Shown one piece after another: positions 1-10,257 of a DNA stretch of 64,000 bases (positions are counted from its first letter, which is position 1; each line of letters opens with the position of its first letter). The stretch comes from Treponemataceae bacterium. Its GTDB lineage: Bacteria; Spirochaetota; Spirochaetia; Treponematales; Rectinemataceae. Under the pieces are notes generated by a model, which ran no database searches, was not told the DNA's origin, and worked only from the letters and a program-made list of their open reading frames with translations. Position numbers and translations under genes: made by a program. The stretch covers positions 736,001 to 800,000 of the forward strand of contig CAXXVZ010000005.1 of NCBI GenBank assembly GCA_963678065.2, in the 5' to 3' direction.

Positions 1-135
1 GCCGCAGTCTATGCACCGCGCCTCGATGATCTTCGCCCTGCCCTTGCGCACCCGAATCGCTTCAGTAGGACATTTTTTTATGCAGTTTGTACATCCTATG
101 CACCGATCGGAATCGAGCGTCACGGAGTGGCGCAT
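1..135 (-). CDS. N-terminus of a 2x[4Fe-4S] protein, probably [FeFe]-hydrogenase-associated (partial, runs off the window)
   Basis: Manual translation MRHSVTLDSDRCIGCTNCIKKCPTEAIRVRKGRAKIIEARCIDCG; ferredoxin CxxCxxCxxxCP motif; lies downstream of DRTGG and anti-sigma genes. Confidence 0.7.
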   Translation of the reverse strand, partial: MRHSVTLDSDRCIGCTNCIKKCPTEAIRVRKGRAKIIEARCIDCG

Positions 136-170
136 CCTCTCTCCTCCGCCTTCGAGAGTTCCGGGCATAA

Positions 171-596
171 TCAGCTCCCGCTTTCCTTCAATTTCAGAGT
201 CATGGTGACGCAGGTCCCTTCCCCGACAACGGTATCGACCACGAGGGTGTCGGCGTTCCTCTCCATGTTCGGCAGCCCCATTCCGGCGCCGAAGCCCATT
301 TCGCGGACCTTCTCGGTCGCGGTGGAATATCCCTCGGTCATGGCGAGTCCGAGATCGGGTATCCCCGGTCCCTTGTCCCTGAGGATGATCGTGACGAGCC
401 CGGGATCTATCTCGACCTCGGCGACTCCTCCGCCCGCGTGGATGGCCATGTTCATCTCGCCCTCGTACATGGCGACGACGGCGCGCTTGATGACGCCCGG
501 CTCGACTCCCAGACGGCCGAGCAGGCGCTTGAGCTCGGCGGAGGCTTTCCCGGCCTGGAGATAGTCATCCCCCGGAACGGAATAGGCAATTTTCAC
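171..596 (-). CDS. Anti-sigma-factor-like Ser/Thr kinase (HATPase, RsbT-like)
   Basis: YEGEMNMAIHA..DKGPGI..GFGAGMGLPN motifs; GTG start at 596 inferred. Confidence 0.8.
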   Translation of the reverse strand: MKIAYSVPGDDYLQAGKASAELKRLLGRLGVEPGVIKRAVVAMYEGEMNMAIHAGGGVAEVEIDPGLVTIILRDKGPGIPDLGLAMTEGYSTATEKVREMGFGAGMGLPNMERNADTLVVDTVVGEGTCVTMTLKLKESGS

Positions 597-607
597 TCCG
601 GGGCCTT

Positions 608-967
608 TTACAGGATTTCCCTGACGCCGCCCGCGCGCAGGCCCGCCTCGTAAAGACGCCCGCAGGCGAGGAACATGGAGTATTTCGTGGACAGGATGAC
701 CATGCCGTATTCGCCGGCCATTTCGACGAGATCTTCTGTAGGCGTTTTGCCCCGGACAAAGACTACGATCTTGATATCCAGAAGGTCGGCCGTGCGCAGC
801 GCCTGCGGATTGACCAGCCCCGTCAGAAGAACGACTTTTTCCTTGACGAAGGCCATGACATCGCTCATCAGATCTGCGCCACAAGCGGAATTGACTTCCA
901 GATCGAGATTATCCTGTCCTGCAAAGATACGGGCATCAAGAATGGAAGCTATCTGTCGTACGGTCAT
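608..967 (-). CDS. DRTGG-domain protein
   Basis: ACGADLMSDV..LLTGL..VFVRGK signature. Confidence 0.8.
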   Translation of the reverse strand: MTVRQIASILDARIFAGQDNLDLEVNSACGADLMSDVMAFVKEKVVLLTGLVNPQALRTADLLDIKIVVFVRGKTPTEDLVEMAGEYGMVILSTKYSMFLACGRLYEAGLRAGGVREIL

Positions 968-1009
968 GGTTCTCCCCGCGGAAAATCGGATATGGATCTG
1001 CGCCTGCAT

Positions 1010-1597
1010 TCAGAGGCGCGTTCTTCCTCTGAATGAACGAGCGAGCGTGAGGCGGTCAGCGTATTCCAGATCTCCCCCGACGGGGATTCCCGTCGCCAGC
1101 CTCGTCACCGACAGGCCTGTCGGCTCGAGAATCTTTTTGAGATACAAGGCAGTCGTATCTCCTTCCACGGTCGGATTGGTCGCCACGACGACTTCCACGA
1201 CGCCCGAGCCGGATAGACGGCCGATGAGCGCCTGGATGCTGAGGTTCTCCGGTCCCACTCCATCCAGAGGCGAGATGAGCCCGCCCAGAACATGATAGAG
1301 CCCGCGGAATTCATGAGAAGCCTCGATCGTCATGACATCCTGCGGCTGCTCAACGACACAGATCAGGCTCGAGTCCCGCACAGGAGAGCGGCAGACATCG
1401 CAGGGATCGTTTTCCGTATACGATCCGCAGATCGAGCAGAAGCGGACGGTCTCCTTCAATGTCGCTATCCTGTCGGCGAGGGCGCGGGCATAGGCCGAAT
1501 CGGTCTTCAAGAGATGCCAGGCCACGCGCATGGCGCTCTTCTTGCCTATGCCAGGCAGGCGGGACAAAAGTCCGACAAGTTCCTCGATCGCCTTCAC
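1010..1597 (-). CDS. recR: Recombination protein RecR
   Basis: LPGIGKKSA, C4 zinc finger, Toprim ATNPTVEGDTTA. Confidence 0.95.
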   Translation of the reverse strand: MKAIEELVGLLSRLPGIGKKSAMRVAWHLLKTDSAYARALADRIATLKETVRFCSICGSYTENDPCDVCRSPVRDSSLICVVEQPQDVMTIEASHEFRGLYHVLGGLISPLDGVGPENLSIQALIGRLSGSGVVEVVVATNPTVEGDTTALYLKKILEPTGLSVTRLATGIPVGGDLEYADRLTLARSFRGRTRL

Positions 1598-1610
1598 TGG
1601 GGACCGGCCT

Positions 1611-1949
1611 TCAGGAACCGGAACCGGGGAAACCGAAGCCCGGGGGAATGGGCATGCCTTCCATCCCCGTCGACAATTCCTTCTGGAGAGCCTCTTTGAC
1701 TTTGGCGGTCGCGTCGTTGTAGGCGGCGCGGACGAGGTCCTGCAACATGCCGACGTCTGAAGGATCGACTATCTCGGGCGCGATTTCGCAGGACAGCATA
1801 TCGAGATCGCCTGTGAGGCTTATCTTGACCATGCCGCCTCCGGAAGATCCCGTCGCCCGAACCCGCGAGGTCCTGTCCCTGAGCTCGTTCACGCGGGCCT
1901 GCATGGCCTGGGGATTGCGCAACATATCCATGATTTCGGAAAAATTCAT
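1611..1949 (-). CDS. ybaB: YbaB/EbfC nucleoid-associated protein
   Basis: GSSGGGMVK..LQDLVRAAYNDA; dnaX-ybaB-recR synteny. Confidence 0.9.
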   Translation of the reverse strand: MNFSEIMDMLRNPQAMQARVNELRDRTSRVRATGSSGGGMVKISLTGDLDMLSCEIAPEIVDPSDVGMLQDLVRAAYNDATAKVKEALQKELSTGMEGMPIPPGFGFPGSGS

Positions 1950-1956
1950 GTCAATC

Positions 1957-3834
1957 CTACCTTGTATCGGCCGGTCTGGCCGCCGGCACGACTCTCGTGC
2001 CCCTAAAAACATTCTCGACGATCTTCACCGGATCGGTCTCGTCTTCACCATCGTTGCGGACAAAGGCTCCTGCCGGAACGGCGCGCGGCATCGGCGCCAG
2101 GGCCGGGTCCGCGCCGGGCTCTCCGGCGGCGTGTCCATCAGCCCTTCCGCCTGCGGCTGCGGCATGCCCCGCGGACTCGGGCTTTACGATCCTCAGTTCG
2201 ACCTTGAGGGATCGGCCGAGACGCCTGGACACCGACTCGGCGAGGACACCGATGGAATCTTTCACCATCTTCTGCTCGATCCCCATCACGGCGAAAGGAA
2301 TGACGAGGCGTCCCTCCTCGATGCACCAGACTCCCGAGGCCGCCAGCCCGGACTTCAGGATGGGGCTCGCCTTGCCGAGGTCGTTGATGACTTCGGCGCG
2401 CAGAAGATCGGGGTCGATGCCCTCCCCGAAGGATTCGCAGGATTGGGGAGCGTAGACATTCCTCGGGGTGGCCTCGCTCTCCGTTCGGGGACCATCCGTC
2501 CCGACCACTTCCTCCCATCTTTCCGCGGCGCCGGTCTCGGCGAACGCGGTTTCCGCGGAAAAACCGGCGGAGGCAGGCATCGCGGCGACATCCCGCGCGC
2601 GCTCGTCCCCCCCAGGGCGGAAGTCCCCCGCGCCGCGCGCGTCAGCGCCCGCCCTCTGATCGACACCGCCGGTCACAGGTCTCGCAACCTCTCCGGCAAG
2701 GTATTTACGCATGGCAGCCACACTCCGCGCCAACTCCGCGGGCGACACGAAGTCGCCGAGCCTGCAGAGCCGGGAGATCGCCAACTCCAGCTCGAAGCGC
2801 GCTTCGACCGTGAACCGGAGATTCCTGTAGACTTCCATGAACAGGGCCAAGGCCCTCTCGATCCTCTCGGCGGAAAGTCCGTCGAGCACCGACCGGTCAT
2901 ATGCCGAGGCCGGCGCGCCGAGCAGACTCTCGCGGAGAATCCCGTTCTTGATGAGGAGGAGGGAACGGCAGTATTCGACAGCGTCGATCACACACTGCTC
3001 CACGGACACGCCGTGGTCCAGGATGACGTCGAGGGCGTCGAGGGCTTCCCCGGAGGAACCCCGGAGGCAGAATCCGAACAGGGCGTTGAGCCTGTCCAGC
3101 CCGACGAGCCCCAGCTTTTCGCGGATCAGATCGGCCCTGATCCCTCCTTCCGAAAAAGAGAGGACCTGGTCGAACAGAGTGTAGGCGTCGCGCAAAGAAC
3201 CGCCAGACTCCTTGGCGATCCAGAGCAGGGCCTCATCTTCGGCCGCCACCCCCAGCTCCGCGGCTATCCCGGTCAGAAGCCTCTTGACGGTTTCCACGGG
3301 AATGAGCCGGAACGCGAACTGCTGGCACCTGCTTTTTATAGTCGCCGGAACCTTGTGCAGCTCCGTCGTCGCGAAGATGAAAACGATATAAGGCGGCGGC
3401 TCCTCTATGGTCTTGAGCAGGGCGTTGAAGGCGCTGTTCGAGAGCATGTGGACTTCGTCGATGATGTAGATCTTGTAGCGGCCGCCGTTGGGCGGGAAGA
3501 GCACTTCGTCCTTGATCTGCCTGATGTTGTCCACAGACGTGTTGGAGGCGCCGTCGATCTCTATCACATCGAGGGCCGAACCCGCGGCGATGGACTTGCA
3601 TGAGTCACAGACTCCGCACGGCGAAGCCGTCGGTCCGGACTCGCAGTTGAGGGCCTTGGCGAGAATGCGGGCGGTGCTCGTCTTTCCGCAACCGCGCGGG
3701 CCGGAAAACAGGTATGCGTGCGCAATCCGCCCCGAGCTTATCGAGGCTTCCAGCGTGGCCGAGACAAAGTCCTGGCCGGCGAGCTGCTCGAAATTCTGGG
3801 GACGCTTACGCGCCGCGGTTATTTCATAGGACAT
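1957..3834 (-). CDS. dnaX: DNA polymerase III gamma/tau
   Basis: GPRGCGKTS, EIDGASN, IIDEVHML, SRCQ. Confidence 0.95.
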   Translation of the reverse strand: MSYEITAARKRPQNFEQLAGQDFVSATLEASISSGRIAHAYLFSGPRGCGKTSTARILAKALNCESGPTASPCGVCDSCKSIAAGSALDVIEIDGASNTSVDNIRQIKDEVLFPPNGGRYKIYIIDEVHMLSNSAFNALLKTIEEPPPYIVFIFATTELHKVPATIKSRCQQFAFRLIPVETVKRLLTGIAAELGVAAEDEALLWIAKESGGSLRDAYTLFDQVLSFSEGGIRADLIREKLGLVGLDRLNALFGFCLRGSSGEALDALDVILDHGVSVEQCVIDAVEYCRSLLLIKNGILRESLLGAPASAYDRSVLDGLSAERIERALALFMEVYRNLRFTVEARFELELAISRLCRLGDFVSPAELARSVAAMRKYLAGEVARPVTGGVDQRAGADARGAGDFRPGGDERARDVAAMPASAGFSAETAFAETGAAERWEEVVGTDGPRTESEATPRNVYAPQSCESFGEGIDPDLLRAEVINDLGKASPILKSGLAASGVWCIEEGRLVIPFAVMGIEQKMVKDSIGVLAESVSRRLGRSLKVELRIVKPESAGHAAAAGGRADGHAAGEPGADPALAPMPRAVPAGAFVRNDGEDETDPVKIVENVFRGTRVVPAARPADTR

Positions 3835-3880
3835 ACAAAATCAAACTACCATAAGCGTGAAGGGTGGTAAAGGTCTTCAA

Positions 3881-3990
3881 GCTTTCGAAGCCAGGCGGTC
3901 TGCGGCACCGCACCTACCGCGTACCGTTGCTCCCTTCCGGGCCTGGCGGGTTAAACGGCGGCCACGAGCGCAGTGCCTGGCTTCAAAAGC
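3881..3990 (-). ncRNA. ffs: SRP RNA (4.5S)
   Basis: Minus strand CCAGGCCCGGAAGGGAGCA core in a long terminal stem, upstream of dnaX. Confidence 0.85.
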
Positions 3991-4006
3991 TCGAAGAAGG
4001 AACTAG

Positions 4007-4093
4007 CGGAGAGAGAGGGATTTGAACCCTCGGTACCCTTACGAGTACACGCGACTTCCAATCGCGCACCTTCGGCCGCTCGGTCATCTCTCC
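4007..4093 (-). tRNA. tRNA-Ser(GGA)
   Basis: Cloverleaf with long variable arm; CGCGA-TT-GGA-AG-TCGCG. Confidence 0.92.
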
Positions 4094-4121
4094 GGGGCAA
4101 AAACATTTTTACTTCGTGATT

Positions 4122-4211
4122 TGGCGGAGAGAGGGGGATTCGAACCCCCGGAACACTTACGTGTTCAACGGTTTTCGAGACCGCCCGATTCAACCGCTCT
4201 CGCATCTCTCC
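4122..4211 (-). tRNA. tRNA-Ser(CGA)
   Basis: GCGGT-CT-CGA-AA-ACCGT; encoded CCA. Confidence 0.92.
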
Positions 4212-4221
4212 AAAAGAAAAT

Positions 4222-4295
4222 TGAGGCTAAGTGGATTCGAACCACCGACCTTCAGATCCGCAATCTGATGCTCTATCCAGCTGAGCTATAACCTC
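4222..4295 (-). tRNA. tRNA-Arg(GCG)
   Basis: TCAGA-TT-GCG-GA-TCTGA; GGTTCGAATCC T-arm. Confidence 0.92.
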
Positions 4296-4303
4296 ATGAA
4301 CGA

Positions 4304-4391
<88 letters not shown>

Positions 4392-4412
4392 AAACCCGGC
4401 CTCAAGGCCTTA

Positions 4413-4497
4413 CGGAGCAGGGGGGATTCGAACCCCCGGTACCTTGCGGTACAGCGGTTTTCAAGACCGTCTCCTTAAACCCCTCGGACACCGCTCC
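4413..4497 (-). tRNA. tRNA-Ser(TGA)
   Basis: ACGGT-CT-TGA-AA-ACCGC; long variable arm. Confidence 0.92.
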
Positions 4498-4529
4498 AGT
4501 TAAAGGAGCCGTTTTACCGGCGGATTCAA

Positions 4530-4558
4530 ACCATAAGGGAAATGCGATCCATTGTCAA
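4530..4558 (-). promoter_or_regulatory. Sigma70-type promoter for the tRNA/ffs cluster
   Basis: TTGACA-17 nt-TATGGT about 30 nt upstream of the first tRNA. Confidence 0.7.
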
Positions 4559-4699
4559 GATGTCATCTGCTGCCCGGCTTTTCAACGGAGTTGCGCTCCG
4601 GAAAAGAGACCGACCGCCAGGATCGGCGCACAGGCGAGTCGAAATTCGAGGGCGCCGCATCGTCTTGATCTGTTCGTTCCCTCGGGCTATCGTCAAGCC

Positions 4700-6097
4700 A
4701 TGCGAGCCATTCCGGGAACAGTGCGGGGCCGGCGGCGCCCACACCCGTTTTTCGACCTCATCCGCGCCCTGCTTCTCGCCGCGGCCCTCTCCCCTCTCGT
4801 CCTGTCATGCGGAGGGGAGGGGGCAAAAGCCGGCGAAGGCTCGGCCAACTCCGCTCTCTCCTCGGGTTTCGCCCCCGTCCGGCAGACAAACTCATCGGAG
4901 GGCGAATCCGGGCCCGCCAAGCTTTGGACCGACATCCCCGAACTGGTTCTGGCCGTCGAACTCTTCAACGCATCGCGGGAAGACCAGCTCATCGAGCTGG
5001 AGTACAAGGAGGACCTTGCAGGCGCCCTCTCCGACAGGAAGGCAGATCCCGCCCTCGCCATCGGACGATATCTGAAAAGCAAAAAAATCCGCGACAAATT
5101 CCAGTCCCTGGAATACCTTTTCGGCGAGCTGTACGTTAACCAGTCATCCTTCTATCCGAACCTGCTCGCGCTCGGCAACGTGAACGGAAGACAGCTCTTT
5201 CTCCCGGTATCCTTCAACATGCCCGCCATCGTCTTCGCAAAAGGGAAATACAGGCCGCCGGCCCCGCTTCTCCTCGATCTCGAGACGATGGGAAGCTCCG
5301 CACGATCCTTCAACAAAATCGAAGGCGGAAGCTATGTCAGAATGGGGTTTTCTCCGCGATGGAACCCCGATTTCCTTGTTCTGTACGCGCAGGCCGAAGG
5401 AGTCGATTTCCGCGAAGACAAAAAACTCGTCTGGAACGCCGAGGGGCTCGGCAGGACGGTCAGGAATCTGCGCGCATGGAGCCGCGAAAAGAATACATCC
5501 TACCTCGCCGAGCGCGATTTCGAATTCAAATACCTCTTTACTCCCGATTACCAGTACATAGCGGAAGGGAGGGCGCTGTTCGCGTACATGGATTCCTCGC
5601 GACTCTTCACGCTCCCCGTGGAAAAACGAGGAGCCCTGGAATTCCGATGGTTCTCGAGCAAAGGGAAGATACCCGTCGACGACGACATGGCCTTCGCGGC
5701 CATCCTCCGCTCAGGGAAAGGCAAATCCACGGCCGAAACCTTCCTGAAGTGGTTCTTCAAAGAAGAGAACCAGAGAAAAATACTCGAAAAAGCCGCGTCG
5801 ACGGGATGCATGGACATCGCGTTCGGTCTGGCAGGCGGCTTCTCCTCCGTCCGGTCGGTCAATGAACGGGCTTTCCCGACCTATTACCCCTCAATGAGTG
5901 GACAAATGCCTTCCGCAGAACAACTGTCGATGCCCTCGACCCTTCCACCGGATTGGCCGGCGATCAAAGAAAACGTCGTCGCGCCCTGGCTTCTGGAATC
6001 CATCGCCCGAAACATCGAAAGCGTTGATCCTGATGCCGAATTCTCGGCCCGGATGGAGGAATACCGGCAGAATGCGACGATCACTTCGATGAAGTGA
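4700..6097 (+). CDS. Putative lipoprotein, possibly solute-binding fold
   Basis: 465 aa ORF, hydrophobic signal with LVLSC lipobox; start uncertain. Confidence 0.6.
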   Translation: MRAIPGTVRGRRRPHPFFDLIRALLLAAALSPLVLSCGGEGAKAGEGSANSALSSGFAPVRQTNSSEGESGPAKLWTDIPELVLAVELFNASREDQLIELEYKEDLAGALSDRKADPALAIGRYLKSKKIRDKFQSLEYLFGELYVNQSSFYPNLLALGNVNGRQLFLPVSFNMPAIVFAKGKYRPPAPLLLDLETMGSSARSFNKIEGGSYVRMGFSPRWNPDFLVLYAQAEGVDFREDKKLVWNAEGLGRTVRNLRAWSREKNTSYLAERDFEFKYLFTPDYQYIAEGRALFAYMDSSRLFTLPVEKRGALEFRWFSSKGKIPVDDDMAFAAILRSGKGKSTAETFLKWFFKEENQRKILEKAASTGCMDIAFGLAGGFSSVRSVNERAFPTYYPSMSGQMPSAEQLSMPSTLPPDWPAIKENVVAPWLLESIARNIESVDPDAEFSARMEEYRQNATITSMK

Positions 6098-6158
6098 TCA
6101 GCCTGACATCGCCCCGGCCGGCGGTTTCCGTTTTACACCATCGATCCCGACCCGATCC

Positions 6159-7202
6159 TCATTGTATTTTCCAATCATCACCGGCAGTCGAATCGGTGTC
6201 ATCATCGGCCGTCGTCCCGACGAGGGCTCCGCCGGCCCACCGATCAAACAGCTCGTCGAAATCTTTCACACAGAGCGATTGGACGGCCCTCGCCCTCAAT
6301 TCTGCCCCGCCGATCCTTCCCTTCGTGTAGGAGCAGAACTGTTTTCGGAACTCGACGCAAGCCGTGCGCTCGCCCAGGAACCGCACCGAGAGGGCGAGAT
6401 GGCGCCTCGCCACCTCGGCTCTCTGCCGGTCGTCGAAAATGGGCAGAGGCCTGCCTTCCAGCAGGGCCCGGCCTTCAGCGAAAATGAAGGGGTTGCCCAT
6501 GGCGCCGCGGGCTACCATGACTCCCACGCAGCCAGTCGACTCCATCATCCGGAGGACATCGACGGCGCGAAAGACATCGCCTGAACCGAACACAGGGACA
6601 GGCAGAGCTTTCACCAAGGCAGCGATGCAAGACCAGTCGGCGTGACCCGAATAGCCCTGCGCCCGCGTCCGGGCATGGAGGGTGACAGCCTTCGCCCCGC
6701 CCGCCACGGCGGCCTGGGCGACCTCGAGGTAGTTGATGCTCTCCGCGTCCCAGCCGAGGCGTATCTTGACCGTGACGGGTATCGGACTCGCAGCAGTCAT
6801 CGCCGCGACGATGGAGCGCAGGAGCTCGGGCTTCCGTATGAGGGCCGAACCGGCCCCCGACTTGATGATCTTCGGAACCGGACAGCCGCAATTGAGGTCG
6901 ATGACGAGAGGTTTGAGCGGAAGGATCATTTCGACGGCCCGGGCGAGAACCTCCGGTTTGGATCCGAAGAGCTGGATCGCATACTCACGCTCGCTCTCCG
7001 CCCGCTCGAGCAAAAATCCCGTCTTGACATGTCCCCGCGTGAGGGCCTCGGAACTCACCATCTCCGTATAGCAGAGATCGGCCCCCAGTTCCGCACAGAC
7101 AGAACGGAAGGCCGCATCCGAGTAGCCCGCGACAGGAGCGAGAAAAAGATTGCCGGGAAGGGTCGCGCCGTCGAGACGGACCTGACGGTCCGCCCCGGTC
7201 AT
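6159..7202 (-). CDS. dusB: tRNA-dihydrouridine synthase B
   Basis: LAPVAG, IDLNCGCPVPK, VTVKIRLGW, LHART. Confidence 0.9.
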   Translation of the reverse strand: MTGADRQVRLDGATLPGNLFLAPVAGYSDAAFRSVCAELGADLCYTEMVSSEALTRGHVKTGFLLERAESEREYAIQLFGSKPEVLARAVEMILPLKPLVIDLNCGCPVPKIIKSGAGSALIRKPELLRSIVAAMTAASPIPVTVKIRLGWDAESINYLEVAQAAVAGGAKAVTLHARTRAQGYSGHADWSCIAALVKALPVPVFGSGDVFRAVDVLRMMESTGCVGVMVARGAMGNPFIFAEGRALLEGRPLPIFDDRQRAEVARRHLALSVRFLGERTACVEFRKQFCSYTKGRIGGAELRARAVQSLCVKDFDELFDRWAGGALVGTTADDDTDSTAGDDWKIQ

Positions 7203-7978
7203 GCGGGAAGTCGGAAGAACCTGCAGGCGTTCTGGTAGGTCGCCTCAGCGACCTCCTCCGGCCCCTTTTCGACGACCTCGGAGAGGAAATAGGCGGTCGA
7301 GGGCAGGTACTCCGGCATATTCCTCTTGCCGCGGAACTCGGCAGGCACCATGAAGGGCGCTTCGCTTTCGAGGAGTATCCTTTCGAGCGGCAGGACCGAC
7401 ACGGTCTCGTGCAGATTCCTGGCGTTCCGGTAGGTGAGGTTGCCGGCGAAAGAGAAGTACAGGTTCAGTCCCAGCTCGAGGACACGTTCGGCGTAGCGTG
7501 CGTCCTCGGAGTAACAGTGGAGGACGCCGCCGGCTGCGGGCAGGCGGTCGCTCAGAATATCGAGCACATCTTTCCCCGCCTCGCGGTTGTGGATGATTAC
7601 GGGCAGATCGAGTTTGGCCGCGATGTCGAGCTGGTCGATGAAAAGTTCGATCTGGCTCTTCCTGTCTCCGTAGCGGTGGAAGTAGTCGAGTCCGGTCTCG
7701 CCGATAGCGACGACGCGGGGAAGCTTGACAGACTCCTCGATCGTCTTCCTCCAGTCCTTGCCCGGATTCTGGACCTCGGAGGGTGAAACGCCGACGGCGT
7801 GGTAGACCTGTTCGGCCGTCCGGAGATTGTTGTAGACATGCTTGAAATCGACAAGACTGTTACAAATGCTGACAATTCTGCCGACACCAACCTGTTTGGC
7901 CTGCTGAGTAACTAAAAGCTGTTCGATCGGGTCATCATAGATGAGCCCGATGTGGGCATGAGTGTCGAAATACCGCAT
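7199..7978 (-). CDS. tatD: TatD family hydrolase
   Basis: DTHAH, AIGETGLDY, IHNREA, GVLHCY. Confidence 0.9.
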   Translation of the reverse strand: MRYFDTHAHIGLIYDDPIEQLLVTQQAKQVGVGRIVSICNSLVDFKHVYNNLRTAEQVYHAVGVSPSEVQNPGKDWRKTIEESVKLPRVVAIGETGLDYFHRYGDRKSQIELFIDQLDIAAKLDLPVIIHNREAGKDVLDILSDRLPAAGGVLHCYSEDARYAERVLELGLNLYFSFAGNLTYRNARNLHETVSVLPLERILLESEAPFMVPAEFRGKRNMPEYLPSTAYFLSEVVEKGPEEVAEATYQNACRFFRLPA

Positions 7979-8144
7979 TTGTCTTCCGTTAATGATGTGA
8001 TGATGGGCAATCCCGTACGGGGTCTAACTTGAATGTAGCATGGCCAGAATGCGCCGTCAACTCGACAGTTGAAAATTGTCGACGCCGGCGGAGGGCTGAG
8101 GAAGATAACGTGCATATTGTATCGGTATCCGAGCCAGAGGTCAA

Positions 8145-8888
8145 TTACATCCGGAATTCTTCGCCGAGATAGAGACTGCGGGCGCTCTCGCTCGCGAGGA
8201 CTTCGTCGCGGCCGCCCGAAACGATGATCTTCCCCAGATGGATGATGTGGGAGCGGTTCGTGATGTCCAAAGTGTCGCGCACATTGTGATCGGTGATGAG
8301 GACGCCTATCCCTTCTCCTGAAAGCTTGCGCACGATCTTCTTGATTTCGTGGATGGCAATGGGGTCGATCCCCGTGAAAGGTTCGTCTAAGAGAAGGAAT
8401 TTGGGTTCGAGAGCGAGGGCCCTCGCGATCTCGGTGCGCCGCTTTTCGCCCCCGGAGAGGGTGTAGGCCATCTGTTTCGCGATGCCCGCGATGCCGAAAT
8501 CTTCCATAAGATGAGCCACCCTCTCCTTCCTGGCGGCGCCACTCATATCGCCCCGTGTCTCGAGCACGGCGAGGATGTTCTGTTCCACGGTCAACTTGCG
8601 GAAAATAGAGGATTCCTGGGGAAGGTAACTGATGCCGAGACGCGCCCTCCGATACATGGGAAGTGCGCCGATCTCCTTTCCATCCAGGAGGACCACGCCC
8701 GCGCTCGGCTTCAGGAAGCCCGCAATCATGTAAAAGATGGTGGTCTTTCCCGCTCCGTTCGGACCGAGCAGGCCGACAACTTCTCCTGTACGCATGGAAA
8801 ACCCCGCCCGGTCTACCGCGAGTTTTTTCCCGTAGAGTTTGGAGAGGCCGACGATTTCAAGGACAGACGATGTTTCGGCGCCGCTCAT
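8145..8888 (-). CDS. lptB: LPS export ABC ATPase LptB
   Basis: GPNGAGKTT, YLPQESSIFRKL, LSGGE, ITDHNVR. Confidence 0.92.
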   Translation of the reverse strand: MSGAETSSVLEIVGLSKLYGKKLAVDRAGFSMRTGEVVGLLGPNGAGKTTIFYMIAGFLKPSAGVVLLDGKEIGALPMYRRARLGISYLPQESSIFRKLTVEQNILAVLETRGDMSGAARKERVAHLMEDFGIAGIAKQMAYTLSGGEKRRTEIARALALEPKFLLLDEPFTGIDPIAIHEIKKIVRKLSGEGIGVLITDHNVRDTLDITNRSHIIHLGKIIVSGGRDEVLASESARSLYLGEEFRM

Positions 8889-9607
8889 GGACCCTTGGTT
8901 TCCGCGGGTGCGGATTCCTGCTTCGTCGTCACGATGCTTCCGGACACGCTGCCCTCGAGATCGAGTTTGTCGGCCGAGGCTTCGCCGGAAATGGTCGTGG
9001 CGGACAGAGTCGCGCCGCTCTTCGATCGGACAGTCGGGATGCCCGTCATGAGGAGGCTGTTGTCCTTCCTGTTGAACAGAGCGTATTCGGAACGCGCAGC
9101 GAAATCTTCCTTCAATATTTGGACCGAAATCTGCGCGAGGATGGTCTCGTTCTTCTGATCGAACTCAATCCACTCGGCCTTCAGGATGATGTTGTTCTGG
9201 GAATCCTCAAGCGTCGAGTCGCCTTCGGTCTTGCTGACCTGGGAAGGCCGGTCATAGTCCAGTTTTCCTGTCTTGAGCGAAAACCCTTTCTCGGGATCGC
9301 GGACCTCGACGGAGCCGAGGCAGGCGATGGAGGCGTAGTTTTCGCCTGTAATCTCAATCTTGTCAGCCTTTATCTCGAGAGTGCCGGACAGAACCTTCGC
9401 CTTGCCGGTCAGTATCGTCTTTTCCTTACCCTTTGCGAGCACGCTCTCGACCCTCGTCGCCGAGAATGTCAGGGTCTCCTTGGCCGCCTTGTCTTTCGCC
9501 GTCGCGGTCGGCGTCTTGTTCTGGGCCGAAGCCGCCAATCCACCGGCCAGTCCCATCAACAGAGATAATGCCAGCATTCTTGTCGCAATTTGTAGGCTTT
9601 TTTTCAT
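8885..9607 (-). CDS. LptA/OstA-like protein
   Basis: Signal peptide, beta-jellyroll-like sequence, lies between lptC-like gene and lptB. Confidence 0.7.
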   Translation of the reverse strand: MKKSLQIATRMLALSLLMGLAGGLAASAQNKTPTATAKDKAAKETLTFSATRVESVLAKGKEKTILTGKAKVLSGTLEIKADKIEITGENYASIACLGSVEVRDPEKGFSLKTGKLDYDRPSQVSKTEGDSTLEDSQNNIILKAEWIEFDQKNETILAQISVQILKEDFAARSEYALFNRKDNSLLMTGIPTVRSKSGATLSATTISGEASADKLDLEGSVSGSIVTTKQESAPAETKGP

Positions 9608-10251
9608 TTATCACTCCCGGGTTGCCCATTATCGACCATCCGACCCTCCACGCCGTCCCGAAGGGCGAATGATCGCGCCACAGTGTCGGCAAAAAAACCG
9701 GCGCCGCGTATCCACGATCCCTTGCCCACCTTCACCATCACGCTCCTGTCCAGGCGTCCTTCGAGGGTCTTCTGCGTTCCATTGTACCTCAGATAATCGG
9801 TTTCGAAAACCGCATCCTCATCGGCGGAATAGAGGCTCACGAAGCCCGACAGTTCAGCGTCACCCGAATCGGTGTGATAGACCACATGGTCCGATGCGCC
9901 CTTTGTCCGCAGGGCGCCTGTCTCCGCATCGTACTCCATGAAACGTATGTTTTCGAGGACTATTTTCTTTTCAAGGTCGAAATACGCGGCTTTTTCGGCA
10001 TAAACCTCGAAACTCCTCCGGCCATTCACGACATCGCTCCGGAAAAAGTCGACGAATACCGCCGTGGGCTGGCCCTCGGGAGGCGGTCCCTGATCGCCGT
10101 AGTCGAAGCTGCAGCCAATCAAAAACAACAGGGCCAATCCGGCCACCATGGCGGTCACGATGCCAGTCCTGCGGCCAGCTTTCGCGGCGAAATCGCGCGA
10201 AAGCGAACCGTTCGGCCGGCTCCAGTCCCCCCCATGCGCAGCCGATGCCAT
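9604..10251 (-). CDS. LptC-like protein
   Basis: N-terminal hydrophobic segment/GCSFDY; synteny with lptA/lptB. Confidence 0.65.
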   Translation of the reverse strand: MASAAHGGDWSRPNGSLSRDFAAKAGRRTGIVTAMVAGLALLFLIGCSFDYGDQGPPPEGQPTAVFVDFFRSDVVNGRRSFEVYAEKAAYFDLEKKIVLENIRFMEYDAETGALRTKGASDHVVYHTDSGDAELSGFVSLYSADEDAVFETDYLRYNGTQKTLEGRLDRSVMVKVGKGSWIRGAGFFADTVARSFALRDGVEGRMVDNGQPGSDK

Positions 10252-10257
10252 GCAGGT